Shown here: positions 17,389-27,463 of the stretch, one piece after another
Layout of the letters: each line of letters begins with the position of its first letter
Numbering within the stretch: position 1 is the first letter of the stretch
From: an uncultured Enterobacterales bacterium
GTDB lineage: Bacteria; Myxococcota_A; UBA796; UBA2385
NCBI GenBank assembly: GCA_964599085.1
Contig: CAZRFD010000021.1
Location: 7,703-71,702, forward strand
Length of the DNA stretch: 64,000 nt
Reading direction: 5' to 3'
Translations under genes and position numbers: made by a program
The notes under the pieces: generated by a model
What the model saw: only the letters and a program-made list of their open reading frames with translations
Told to the model about the DNA's origin: nothing
The model's database searches: none

Positions 17389-20031
17389 ATGAACCTCGCC
17401 GCCTTCCTCGCCGACGACCTCCTCGCCCGGGTCGAGAAGCCCAGCCGCTACCTCGGCACCGAGCTCAACTCCGTGCACAAGTCCGCCGACGACGTCGACG
17501 TGCGGATCGCGCTGGCCTTCCCCGACCTCTACGACATCGGGCTCGGGAACCTCGGCCTGCACATCCTCTACGCCATCCTCAACGCGCTTCCCTGGTGCTG
17601 GGCCGAGCGGGTGTACGCCCCCGGCCTCGACATGGAAGAGCAGCTCCGACGGCGCGGGCTGCCGCTGTTTGCCCTGGAGAGCAAGGACGGGCTGCTCGCC
17701 TTCGACGGCATCGGCGTGACGCTGCAGAGCGAGCTGACCGCCACCAACATCCTCAACATCATCGATCTGGCCGGCATGGCGCTGCGGACCGCCGACCGCC
17801 GCGACTCCGACCCGCTGGTCTTCGCCGGTGGCCCCGCGGTGTTCAACCCCGAGCCCCTCGCCCCCTTCGTCGACTTCTTCGTGATCGGCGACGGCGAAGA
17901 CGTGATCGTCGAGATCGCCGAGGTCTTCCGGCGTGTCGAGGGCCGCGACGCGCGGCTGGCGGCGCTCGCCGACATCGAGGGCATCTACGTGCCGGCGCTC
18001 TACGAGATGGAGACCCTGCCCGACGGGCGGATCCTGCCGCCCGTCGATGGCCCGCGGATCCGCAAGCGGCTGGCGCGGGATCTGGACGGGGCGACGTTTC
18101 CGGTGGACTACATCGTGCCGTTCACGCGGCAGGTCCACGACCGGATCAGCCTGGAGGTGCTTCGGGGCTGCACCCAGGGCTGCCGCTTCTGCCAGGCCGG
18201 CATGACGACCCGCCCGGTGCGGGAACGTAGCCTGAAGCAGGTGGACTCCCTGCTGCAGCGCACCCTGGACGCCACCGGCTACGAAGAGGTCAGCCTCGTC
18301 AGCCTCAGCACCTGCGACTACTCGCACGTGCGCAGCCTCGTGCAGCAGACGGTGGAGCGTGCCGCCCCCCAGAAGGTCGGGGTCAGCCTGCCGAGCCTGC
18401 GCCTGGACAGCTTCAGCGTCGAGCTGGCGGACATGGTCGCCGACATCCGGCGCACCGGCCTGACCGTGGCGCCGGAGGCGGCCAGCCCGCGCCTGCGGGC
18501 CGTCATCAACAAGTGGATCCCCGACGACGACCTGCTGCGGATGGCCACCGAAGCCTACCGGCGCGGCTGGGACCACGTGAAGCTGTACTTCATGATCGGC
18601 CTGCCGACCGAGCGGGACGACGACGTGCAGGCCATCGCCGATCTCGCGCTGCGTGCGCTGGCTGAGGGCCGCGAGCACAACCGCAAGGCGCGGGTCCACA
18701 CCGGCGTGAGCACCTTCGTCCCCAAGCCCTTCACGCCGTTCCAGTGGGCCCCGCAGCTCGACATGGACGAGACCCGCCGCCGGCAGGAGATCCTGTACCA
18801 GCGCTTCCGCGGCAAGGGCGGGGTGAAGTTCGGGCGGCACCGGGCCGAGGACACCTTCCTCGAGGGGATCATCAGCCGCGCCGACCGACGGGCCGCCGAC
18901 CTCATCGAGGCGGCCTTCCGCCTGGGCTGTCGCTTCGACGCCTGGGACGAGCACCGCGACTTCAGGCGCTGGCAGGCGGCCATCGACGAGGTCGACTGGG
19001 ACTGTGCCTTCGAGCTGCGCGCGCGCCGCCTCGACGAGCGGCTGCCGTGGGACCACATCGACGTGCTCATCGACAAGCAGTGGTTCGTCGAGGACTGGCA
19101 GCGGGCCGAGCAGCTCCAGCACGCAGAGGACTGCCGCCACAGCAAGTGCCACCGCTGCGGGGTGATCGACCACGAGCGGCCGCTGTGCGCCAGCATGCTC
19201 CGCGGCGCCATCGAGGGGCGCAAGGCGGAGAAGGACTGGGTGCGGCCGCCGCGGCCGGCCGAGTTGGGCGTGCTGCAGCCGGGCAAGCCCCCGGTCCGCC
19301 CGCCGGAGCCGCCGGTCGTCCAGCGGGTCGTGTTCCGCATCGGCATCGTCGGCGCGGCGCGCTTCCTCTCCCACCTCGAGACCATGAACGCCTGGATCCG
19401 TGCCCTGCGCCGGGCCCGGGCACCGATCGCCTACAGCGAGGGCTTCCACCCCCACCCCAAGCTCGCCTTCAGCGGCGCGCGGCCGGTGGCAGAGGAGACG
19501 CTGGGCGACTTCATGGACGTGCAGCTCAACGCGCGCGTCGACCCGGCCGTGCTGGTCGAGCGCCTGCGGGCGACGGTGCCGGATGGCTTCCGGGTGCTCG
19601 GCGCCCGCGAGGTGCCGCTGCGCTCCGACTCGCTGATGAGCGCGGTCGAGGGCGCCGACTACCGGGTGCTCCTGCCGACGGTCGAGGGGCTCGCCGACGC
19701 GGTCCAGCGTCTGCTCGCAGCCGAGGAGCTGCCGGTGGAGCGGCGCCGGAAGAAGCGGGGGCGCCGCGGCCGACCGGGCACGCGGACCGTCGACCTGCGG
19801 CAGAACCTCGTGGCGCTTGCGGTCCTGGGTGAGGAGGACGGCGTCTCCGAGCTGGCCATGTCCCTGCGGACCACGGCCGAGGGACGCGGGGCGAAGCCTT
19901 CGGAGATGATCGAGCTGCTGGGTGCGGACCCGGCCACCGCCCGGGTCGTGCGACTGCTGACGCGCTTCCGTGGGGACCTGGCTGCCCCCCTGGCGGGTAT
20001 CGGCGAGCGGGGGCTCCGGCCGGCGTCCTGA
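17389..20031 (+). CDS. TIGR03960-family radical SAM protein fused to a TIGR03936/DUF2344 domain
   Basis: VEKPSRYLGTELN, RGCTQGCRFCQAG and RFLSHLE..YSEGFHPHPKLAF. Confidence 0.9.
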   Translation: MNLAAFLADDLLARVEKPSRYLGTELNSVHKSADDVDVRIALAFPDLYDIGLGNLGLHILYAILNALPWCWAERVYAPGLDMEEQLRRRGLPLFALESKDGLLAFDGIGVTLQSELTATNILNIIDLAGMALRTADRRDSDPLVFAGGPAVFNPEPLAPFVDFFVIGDGEDVIVEIAEVFRRVEGRDARLAALADIEGIYVPALYEMETLPDGRILPPVDGPRIRKRLARDLDGATFPVDYIVPFTRQVHDRISLEVLRGCTQGCRFCQAGMTTRPVRERSLKQVDSLLQRTLDATGYEEVSLVSLSTCDYSHVRSLVQQTVERAAPQKVGVSLPSLRLDSFSVELADMVADIRRTGLTVAPEAASPRLRAVINKWIPDDDLLRMATEAYRRGWDHVKLYFMIGLPTERDDDVQAIADLALRALAEGREHNRKARVHTGVSTFVPKPFTPFQWAPQLDMDETRRRQEILYQRFRGKGGVKFGRHRAEDTFLEGIISRADRRAADLIEAAFRLGCRFDAWDEHRDFRRWQAAIDEVDWDCAFELRARRLDERLPWDHIDVLIDKQWFVEDWQRAEQLQHAEDCRHSKCHRCGVIDHERPLCASMLRGAIEGRKAEKDWVRPPRPAELGVLQPGKPPVRPPEPPVVQRVVFRIGIVGAARFLSHLETMNAWIRALRRARAPIAYSEGFHPHPKLAFSGARPVAEETLGDFMDVQLNARVDPAVLVERLRATVPDGFRVLGAREVPLRSDSLMSAVEGADYRVLLPTVEGLADAVQRLLAAEELPVERRRKKRGRRGRPGTRTVDLRQNLVALAVLGEEDGVSELAMSLRTTAEGRGAKPSEMIELLGADPATARVVRLLTRFRGDLAAPLAGIGERGLRPAS

Positions 20032-20119
20032 GCTGTCTCATGCCGGTGTCGGCGGCAGAAGGGGGGCGTCACGGTCGGGTGGCAGCGGCTACGTTGCGGG
20101 CTCCTCCTCCGCGTCTCCC

Positions 20120-21250
20120 GTGCAGATCGACACCCCGCTCCCCGCCTGGATCGGCCGACTCGCCCCCCGAGAGCCGGGTGAGTTCGACAGCTTCTCAGCC
20201 TACGCCCGTCACATCACCGGCTGGGCCGGCGTGCTGGCCAGCAGCGGCGGGGCCTTGCTCGTGCTGGTGTGGTGGCCCTCGGACCACTTCCTCCCGGTCG
20301 GCGAGGCGGTGCTGTCGGCGCTGTCGCTGTGGCTGTGGACCATGATCTGCCTCGGCGTCTCCTCGGCCCTGGTGACCTGGCTGCTGTGGCGGCGGGATCG
20401 CGACACCTCGCTGGTGCAGGCGGCCTTCTATGGCCTCGCCATCGTCGCCAGCTTCTCGAACTTCTCGCGGGTCGGTGGCCCCGGCACGCCGTGGATCTAT
20501 GCAGGCCCGATGGTGCCGCTGGCCTCGCTCTTCCTGCTGGTGCCGCTGCGTCGTCGCATCGCCCTGTCGCTGGCAGCCTGGCTGCTGATCGAGCTGAGCT
20601 ACTACGCGCCCAACCCGCGCTGGCTCAGCGACCCCTACGCGCTCAACGCGACCGTGCTCACCCTGTCGGCGGCCTGCTTCAGCGCCTTCGTCGGGCATGT
20701 CCTCTACGTCTTGAGCGCCCGGGGCTTCCTGCAGCAGCATGCCCTCGCCCGCCTGGCGACCACCGACGAGCTGACGGGGGCGCTGAACCGGCGCGCGTTC
20801 CTGGCGCGGGCCCGCGAGGAGACACGGCGCGCCGCCCGGCACCGGCGGCCGTTGTGCATGGTCATGGTCGACCTCGACCACTTCAAGGCCATCAACGACT
20901 CCCATGGCCACGCTGTCGGCGATGTCGTCCTGGAGCAGGCCACCGCCCGGCTGCGTCACCAGCTCCGCGACAGCGACCTGCTGGGCCGGCTGGGGGGCGA
21001 GGAATTCGCGCTGTTGCTCCCGGAGACGGCGCTCGGCGAGGCCGCCGAGGTCGCGGAGCGCTTGCGGCAGGCCCTCGCCGGACGTCCCGTGCAGGCCCAC
21101 GGCGTCGAGGTTCCCGTGACCGCCAGCTTCGGCGTGGCGGACGTCGATGTCGACGACGAGGGCATCGAGCTGGCGCTCCACGACGCCGACCAGGCGCTGT
21201 ACCGGGCCAGGGCTGCGGGCAGGGATCGCGTGGAGCTGAGCTCCGGGTGA
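20120..21250 (+). CDS. Membrane-bound diguanylate cyclase
   Basis: Several TM helices; DLDHFKAIND, RDSD I-site and GGEEF. Confidence 0.92.
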   Translation: MQIDTPLPAWIGRLAPREPGEFDSFSAYARHITGWAGVLASSGGALLVLVWWPSDHFLPVGEAVLSALSLWLWTMICLGVSSALVTWLLWRRDRDTSLVQAAFYGLAIVASFSNFSRVGGPGTPWIYAGPMVPLASLFLLVPLRRRIALSLAAWLLIELSYYAPNPRWLSDPYALNATVLTLSAACFSAFVGHVLYVLSARGFLQQHALARLATTDELTGALNRRAFLARAREETRRAARHRRPLCMVMVDLDHFKAINDSHGHAVGDVVLEQATARLRHQLRDSDLLGRLGGEEFALLLPETALGEAAEVAERLRQALAGRPVQAHGVEVPVTASFGVADVDVDDEGIELALHDADQALYRARAAGRDRVELSSG

Positions 21251-21398
21251 GGCCGACGGGCCGCGGCTGCGTCGCCTCGCCGCAACTTGCAACACGGTGT
21301 CCCGACGACGTGCTCCCGGCCGCACGGTCGTTACGATCTGCACCTCGGCGAGACGGGTTGCGGCGCCCGGACGCTGGTGGGAACGCCTCGGCTTCATC

Positions 21399-22553
21399 GT
21401 GCCGCTGTCCTCCCCGCTCCCTGCCTGGCTCCAGCGCTTCGGCCCCCGTGCCCCCAGCGCCTTTGACGACTTCGAGCAGTACTCCCGCCACGTGACCGGC
21501 TGGGCAGGGGTCCTGGCCTGTCTCGGCGGCGTCTCGACGGTGCTGTTCTGGTGGCCGGCCGATCGCCTCTACGCTGGCGATCCCCAGGTGTTGCAGGTCA
21601 TCGCGGCCTGGCGGCAGGCGATGGTGCTCATGGGGACCTGCGGCGGCGTCGCGGTGGCCATGCTCTGGCGGATGGAGCGCAACACCTTCCCCTTGCAGGG
21701 GATGCTGTTCGGGCTGGCCACGCTGGTCAGCTTCTCGCTGTTCTCCACCATCGGCGGTCCTGGCACGCCGTGGATCCACGCCGCCCCCATGGTGCCGATG
21801 GCGACGCTGTTCCTCGCCGTGTCGCTGCCCACGCGCATCTTCGCCGCCCTCGGTGCGTGGACGCTGATCGGCCTTGCCTACTACGGGCCGCACCCCGAGT
21901 GGGTGTCGGATCGCTACGCCGTCAACGTCGGCATCCTGTCGCTGTCTTCGGTCGTCTTCAGCGTGCTGGTGGGACAGCTCCTGTACGTGCTCAGCGAGCG
22001 CAACTTCCGGCAGCACAAGGCGCTGGTCCGCCTGGCCACCACCGACGCCCTCACCGGCTGCCTCAACCGCCGCGCCTTCGTCGAGCAGATGCGGGCCGAG
22101 GCGCGACGGGCCGCACGCTACCAGCACGCCCTGACCCTCGTCATGCTCGATCTCGACCACTTCAAGGCCATCAACGACACCCACGGGCACGCCGTCGGGG
22201 ACGTGGTGCTGGAGCAGGTCGTGGCACGGCTGCGGCCACAGCTTCGGGACAGCGACGGCGTCGGACGTCTCGGAGGCGAGGAATTCGCCGTGTTGCTCCC
22301 CCAGACGAGCCTTGCCGCCGCCGAGGCGGTGGCGGAGCGCCTGCGCGGAGCGATCGCCGGCGAGCCGGTCACCGCGGGATCGGCGGTCATCGACGTGACC
22401 GCGAGCTTCGGGGTGGCCTGCGTGCTCTGCCAGGACTGCGACTGCCAGCGCGACGCGGTCCGCAAGGCGCTGCGCGACGTCGACCGGGCGCTGTACGCCG
22501 CCAAGTCGGCGGGTCGTAACCGCGTGCAGAGCATCGCCGCCGTCGCCGCTTGA
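21399..22553 (+). CDS. Membrane-bound diguanylate cyclase (tandem paralog)
   Basis: Collinear with the upstream gene (HxTGWAGVLA, GGPGTPWI, GGEEF). Confidence 0.92.
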   Translation: MPLSSPLPAWLQRFGPRAPSAFDDFEQYSRHVTGWAGVLACLGGVSTVLFWWPADRLYAGDPQVLQVIAAWRQAMVLMGTCGGVAVAMLWRMERNTFPLQGMLFGLATLVSFSLFSTIGGPGTPWIHAAPMVPMATLFLAVSLPTRIFAALGAWTLIGLAYYGPHPEWVSDRYAVNVGILSLSSVVFSVLVGQLLYVLSERNFRQHKALVRLATTDALTGCLNRRAFVEQMRAEARRAARYQHALTLVMLDLDHFKAINDTHGHAVGDVVLEQVVARLRPQLRDSDGVGRLGGEEFAVLLPQTSLAAAEAVAERLRGAIAGEPVTAGSAVIDVTASFGVACVLCQDCDCQRDAVRKALRDVDRALYAAKSAGRNRVQSIAAVAA

Positions 22554-22608
22554 GCGGTGGTCGCCGACCAGGCGCGGCCGCGCGGGGACGGCGATACAGT
22601 GCGGCGCG

Positions 22609-24261
22609 ATGCTCCTGCTCCTCTTCGCGTGCGCGGTGCCCGACGGTGCCGGCCAGCAGTCGCCCATCGACCTGCACCTCGTGGTGCACGTCGATCCGCT
22701 GCCGCGCCACGGTGACCTGGGGTGCGACGACGACCGGCTGCGGTCCTGCGGTGGGCTGTCGGCGGCGCCGTGGCGGGAACGCGTCGACAACCTCGCCTGG
22801 CTCAGCGATCGCTGGACCCAGACCGGGCGCACCCTCGACCTGCAGTGGGGGCCCGAGATGGCGCTGTCGCTGGCCGAGGACGAGCAGCACCTGGCCAGCC
22901 TCCGCGACAGCCTCGTGCAGGGCGGAGACCCGGATCCGGACGGCACCCTGGCCGAGGGTCTGGCCGTCGGGCAGGCGGCGGTGCAGCAGCTCCTCGACCA
23001 CGACGCCGCGGCCTTCGCCGCCCACGTCCACACGGTCGCGCCGGACCCCTCCGGGACCTGGGGGAGCGCCCCGCTGGCCACGGGCGAGGGCCCGCACCCC
23101 TGTGACGCCTACGACGGCGACCCCCTGGCCGAGGCCCCCCTGGCGACGACCGAAGCGGTCGTGTTCTACGGGGCGCAGGGGGCCGCCGCCGTGGCCGAGC
23201 GCTTCGGTGCCGAGGTGCGCAGCTTCACGGGGGCGATCCCGCGGGTGCTGGCCGACAAGACCCTGGTGCTGACCGATCCCGACGCCATCGATCCGGACGT
23301 CGACCGCGACTGGCCGGCGGCCTTCCACCCCTGGCTGGCCGGCAGCGGCTACAGCGAGTGCATGATCCGGGCGGGCGGGACGCCGCCCTTCGAGCTGTAC
23401 CATGCCGCTGCGCAGCGCAGCCTGGGGGGCGGCGACGGTCCGCTGGTCCATCCCGGCGAACCGGTGGTCGGCAACATGGCCGATCACCTCGACATGCCGG
23501 CCGATGGGGCAGCGGGAGCGGCTGCCCGGCGCATCCTCACGGGCATGCTGAATTGGCGGATGGCGTCGCTGCAGGGGCAGCCGGACCGCCCGTGGGCGTA
23601 CAGCTTCCACACGCACCTCTTCCACCTCGACGAGGGCACGGTGGCGGTCATGGACCCGGACGCGCGCCAGCTCTCGGCGGTGGATGGCCAGCCCTTCCGC
23701 CAGGACCTCGAAGCGGTGGCCTCCTTCGTCGACCGCTTCGCGGGGGGCGGGAGCTGGCAGGGGGTGGGCGCGAGCGACGGCGGTGGCCCCCTGCGCTGGG
23801 GACTGCCGGGCGACCAGGAAGCGCTCGACGCCGACTTCGTGTTCGGCGATCCCGACGCCGCCCCGCCGGACAGCGTCGACGGCGACTACCCCTACCTGCC
23901 CCTGCTGGCCACGGAGCTGTCCAACACCCACCTTGTGTGCACTGGCCAACTGGATGGCACCGACGTCTTCGGCCTGCTCCGCTGCGCGCAGGGGTGGAGC
24001 TGGGGGGGCAGCGCCCCGGGCTTTCACTGCGCCGATGACGCGGAGCCCTCGTGGCGCTTCGTCGTGGTGCCGGCCGGTCCACGCTGCCTGGCTGGCGTCG
24101 ACGCCGTCCAGGCCGCAAGCGTCACCGACGACACGCTCGGGGAACCGACCTGGTGTAGCGGTGGTCTGTGGGTTTCGACCGAGGGGATGCTGGTCGTCCC
24201 CCCGGACGGGTCTGGACGGCTCGTCGCGGCCTGTGACGCTCCGCTGGACGCAGGCGGTTAG
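22609..24261 (+). CDS. Lipoprotein, possible deacetylase-like metal-binding barrel
   Basis: Lipobox LFAC; His motifs VVHVDP, AHVH and FHTHLFH. Confidence 0.6.
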   Translation: MLLLLFACAVPDGAGQQSPIDLHLVVHVDPLPRHGDLGCDDDRLRSCGGLSAAPWRERVDNLAWLSDRWTQTGRTLDLQWGPEMALSLAEDEQHLASLRDSLVQGGDPDPDGTLAEGLAVGQAAVQQLLDHDAAAFAAHVHTVAPDPSGTWGSAPLATGEGPHPCDAYDGDPLAEAPLATTEAVVFYGAQGAAAVAERFGAEVRSFTGAIPRVLADKTLVLTDPDAIDPDVDRDWPAAFHPWLAGSGYSECMIRAGGTPPFELYHAAAQRSLGGGDGPLVHPGEPVVGNMADHLDMPADGAAGAAARRILTGMLNWRMASLQGQPDRPWAYSFHTHLFHLDEGTVAVMDPDARQLSAVDGQPFRQDLEAVASFVDRFAGGGSWQGVGASDGGGPLRWGLPGDQEALDADFVFGDPDAAPPDSVDGDYPYLPLLATELSNTHLVCTGQLDGTDVFGLLRCAQGWSWGGSAPGFHCADDAEPSWRFVVVPAGPRCLAGVDAVQAASVTDDTLGEPTWCSGGLWVSTEGMLVVPPDGSGRLVAACDAPLDAGG

Positions 24262-24297
24262 CCAGGGCTCCCCGCACATCGAGACCCGAGGCCAGAG

Positions 24298-25458
24298 ATG
24301 TCTGACGCCGCGACCATCGAGCTGTCCGAAGAACAGCAGGCGCTGAAGGACGCCGCGGCCGAAGCCGCCAACGCAGTCCTGGGCGCCACGCTGAAGGAAG
24401 ACGACGAAGCCGAGCGCTTCCGCAAGGAGCACTTCCACGCCCTGGGCGAAGCCGGCTTGTGCGGGATCCCGGTCCCCGAAGAGTTCGGCGGGCTGGGCCT
24501 GGGCTACCGCGAGTACGCTGTCGTGCTCGAAGAGATCGCCAAGGTCTCGGCCAGCTACGCCGTCTGCGTGGCGGTCTCGGGGCTGCCCTCCGTGATCCTG
24601 GCGACCATGGGGACCGACGCCCAGAAGGAACGCTGGCTGCCGGGGCTCGCCGCTGGAGAGCTCCTGGGTGCGTTTGCGCTGTCGGAGCCCTGGTCGGGCA
24701 GCGACGCCGCCAGCCTGCGGGCGACGGCGGTGCGTGACGGTGACGACTACGTGCTCAACGGAACCAAGTTCTGGATCACCCACGGGGGCTACGCCGACGT
24801 CTATGTCGTCATGGCGCGTACGGGTGGCCCCGGGCCCAAGGGGGTCAGCGCCTTCCTCCTCCCCGGTGACACACCGGGGCTGTCCTTCGGCAAGAAGGAA
24901 GAGAAGATGGGCATGCGGGCCTCGCCGACGGTCGAGGTCGTCATGGAGGACTGCCGCATCCCCGCCGAAAACATCATCCTCGGCGAGGGCCAGGGCTTCA
25001 CGGTGGCCATGAGCGCGCTGGACTCCGGCCGCATCACGATCGGGGCGGTCAGCGTCGGGCTCTGCCAGGCCTCGCTGGAAGCGGCCGCCCGCTACACCAC
25101 CGAACGCAAGCAGTTCGGCAAGGCGATCATCGACTTCCAGGGCGTGGGCTTCATGCTCGCCGACATGGCGTGCAAGACGGAGTCCGCGCGCCTCCTCGTG
25201 CACAAGGCCGCCGCGCTGCGCGACGCCGGGCGCCCCTACAGCGACATCGCCGCCATGGCCAAGTGTGTCGCCACCGACGCGGCCATGACCGTCACCACGG
25301 ACGGCGTGCAGTGCTTCGGCGGCTACGGCTACACCCGCGAGTACCCCGTCGAACGCTACATGCGGGACGCCAAGGTCATGCAGATCGTCGAGGGCACGAA
25401 CCAGGTCCAGCGCCTGGTGATCGCCCGGTCCCTGAAGCGCCGCTACGGCATCGACTGA
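24298..25458 (+). CDS. Acyl-CoA dehydrogenase
   Basis: FALSEPWSGSD, LNGTKFWIT, GGYGY and IVEGTNQVQR. Confidence 0.96.
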   Translation: MSDAATIELSEEQQALKDAAAEAANAVLGATLKEDDEAERFRKEHFHALGEAGLCGIPVPEEFGGLGLGYREYAVVLEEIAKVSASYAVCVAVSGLPSVILATMGTDAQKERWLPGLAAGELLGAFALSEPWSGSDAASLRATAVRDGDDYVLNGTKFWITHGGYADVYVVMARTGGPGPKGVSAFLLPGDTPGLSFGKKEEKMGMRASPTVEVVMEDCRIPAENIILGEGQGFTVAMSALDSGRITIGAVSVGLCQASLEAAARYTTERKQFGKAIIDFQGVGFMLADMACKTESARLLVHKAAALRDAGRPYSDIAAMAKCVATDAAMTVTTDGVQCFGGYGYTREYPVERYMRDAKVMQIVEGTNQVQRLVIARSLKRRYGID

Positions 25459-25576
25459 GGGACAAAGAGCGCATGGTCGAGCCCTGTCGTGCTAGTCTCC
25501 CCCCCCGGCGCCGGGAATGCTCCCGACGCCACGCTCTCCTTGCCGGGAAGCGGTCGACTTCGGAGCCCGTGGATCG

Positions 25577-27373
25577 ATGAAAGTCTGCAAGCTGTGCGGG
25601 TCCACCTACGGAGACCGGGTGGACTTCTGCTTCCGCGACGGGCAGCCGCTCGTGGCCCAGGAAGTCGAAGCCCCCGCCGATGCGCCGACCCCGGCGCGGC
25701 ACGCACCGGGCCTGGCCGACATGCTCGACGTGCCGGAACCGGCCTTCGTCCAGCGCCCCAAGGCGCCAGATCCGGCAGATCCGACGGCCCTGCCCAGTCC
25801 TGCGGGGCTGGAAGAGGTGCCGACGGCACCGGTGGCCTTCGACTTCGCCGATGCCGCTGAACCCGGACCGGCCGCGACGCCCGACGACGACATCGAGGTC
25901 CTCACACCGCCGGCCCAGCTCGTTCCGCCGACCCTGGATGCGCCGGTTCCGCCGGTGGCGGTGGCTCCGGCCACGACGCCGGATCCGACGCCCAGCGCAC
26001 CGCAGCCCGTCGCTCCCGAAGATCCCTTCCCGAGCAACCTCGACTCGACGGCGGCCGGGCTCTCGGACACGCCGGTGCCCCCGGTCGATCTGGCGTCCCA
26101 GGACGATCTTCCGGGTCCTCGCGAGATCGACGAGGGTCTGGACTCGGACGCGATGGCGGACATCGCGCGGACGCTCTCCGCGCCAGCGACCGCCCAGCAT
26201 GATGCGCCGCCACCGCCCGATGACGCGGCCGGCAGCGCGCCCGCCCTCGACGATCTCGTCGACGAGTCGCCGGTAGAGCCCGACGGGGACGACGACATCG
26301 TCAGCTACATCGGCGCCGAAGGCAGCACGTCGGACGCCTACGACTTCGACGACGATGAGCCCGTCCGGGGTGGCGACAACAAGCTGGTGCTGATCCTGTT
26401 CGCTGCCGCGATCCTGCTGGCGGTGGCGGCCGGCGGCTTCGTGATGATGAACAAGGGCGACAAGGCCGAAGATCCGCTCGCTGGCAAGCCCGAAGAGGTT
26501 GCAACGCCGGTCGTGGAGGCGCCCGCGCCGCCGCCGCCGGAACCGGTGGTCGACGAAGCGGCGCCCACGGCGGATGGCGGCGACGCCGTCGCCGAGCTCG
26601 CAGATGACGGCGCAGCGACCCAGGGCGACGAACCGACGGCGGACAGCGATGACGGCGCGGATGCCCTGGCAGCGGCCGACGAACAGCCGGCTGTGGCGCC
26701 CGCTTCATCGGGCTCTGCGCAGTCGGGCTCTGACCACGACGGCGCGACGCACGCATCCTCCTCCACAGGCCACAGCAGCAGCACGACCAGCCGCAGCACG
26801 GACGCTGCAACGACCGCTGCGGCGGGTTCTCAGACCGCTTCGGCGGCACCGTCCCCGACGGACGCGACCGACGCTGCGGACGCTCCGGATGCGTCGTCGT
26901 CGGCCTCGGACGCGACTGCGGACATCTCCTCCGACAGCCCCTGGGAAACCCCGGCGGCGTCGGGTCGACTCACCGTGAACACGGTGCCGGGTGGCGCGCA
27001 GGTCTCCATCGATGGCCGCGCCTACGGCAGCTCGCCGCTGTCCGCCGAGCTCGAGTACGGGATGCACACCATCCGCGTGGAGCTGGGTGGCTACACCAGC
27101 GAAGCGCGCACAATCGACGTCGAAGTCCCCGAGATGGCCGTTCCCTTCGAGCTGAAGCCGCTCGTCGTGACGGGCACGGTCAACATCTTCGGGCCGACTG
27201 GCTCGACGGTGCTGGTCGACGGGACGCAGGTCGGCAAGATCCCGACCAGCGTGAAGCTCACGGAGGGGACCCACACCTTCCGGGTCGAGACGTCGGAGGG
27301 CACCAGCTTCACCCGCTCCCAGGACGTGCGCTTCGACAGCGGCACCACGGTCAGCGTCACGCTATCGCCCTGA
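25577..27373 (+). CDS. Zinc-ribbon + TM + PEGA domain protein
   Basis: MKVCKLC..FCFRDG, a Pro/acidic linker, one TM helix and two PEGA-like repeats. Confidence 0.82.
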   Translation: MKVCKLCGSTYGDRVDFCFRDGQPLVAQEVEAPADAPTPARHAPGLADMLDVPEPAFVQRPKAPDPADPTALPSPAGLEEVPTAPVAFDFADAAEPGPAATPDDDIEVLTPPAQLVPPTLDAPVPPVAVAPATTPDPTPSAPQPVAPEDPFPSNLDSTAAGLSDTPVPPVDLASQDDLPGPREIDEGLDSDAMADIARTLSAPATAQHDAPPPPDDAAGSAPALDDLVDESPVEPDGDDDIVSYIGAEGSTSDAYDFDDDEPVRGGDNKLVLILFAAAILLAVAAGGFVMMNKGDKAEDPLAGKPEEVATPVVEAPAPPPPEPVVDEAAPTADGGDAVAELADDGAATQGDEPTADSDDGADALAAADEQPAVAPASSGSAQSGSDHDGATHASSSTGHSSSTTSRSTDAATTAAAGSQTASAAPSPTDATDAADAPDASSSASDATADISSDSPWETPAASGRLTVNTVPGGAQVSIDGRAYGSSPLSAELEYGMHTIRVELGGYTSEARTIDVEVPEMAVPFELKPLVVTGTVNIFGPTGSTVLVDGTQVGKIPTSVKLTEGTHTFRVETSEGTSFTRSQDVRFDSGTTVSVTLSP

Positions 27374-27463
27374 CGCCCGGCTCGGCTGCGGCCCTCGGTC
27401 GACACGGCGCGTCGTCGCTGCGCTGCGCGGTCCAGCGTGCGTGTGCGGGACCGCTGGCGGGCT

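Noticed and set aside
17389-20031. Radical SAM-DUF2344 fusion as a novelty
   Set aside because: This fusion or adjacency is already a known arrangement for the family.
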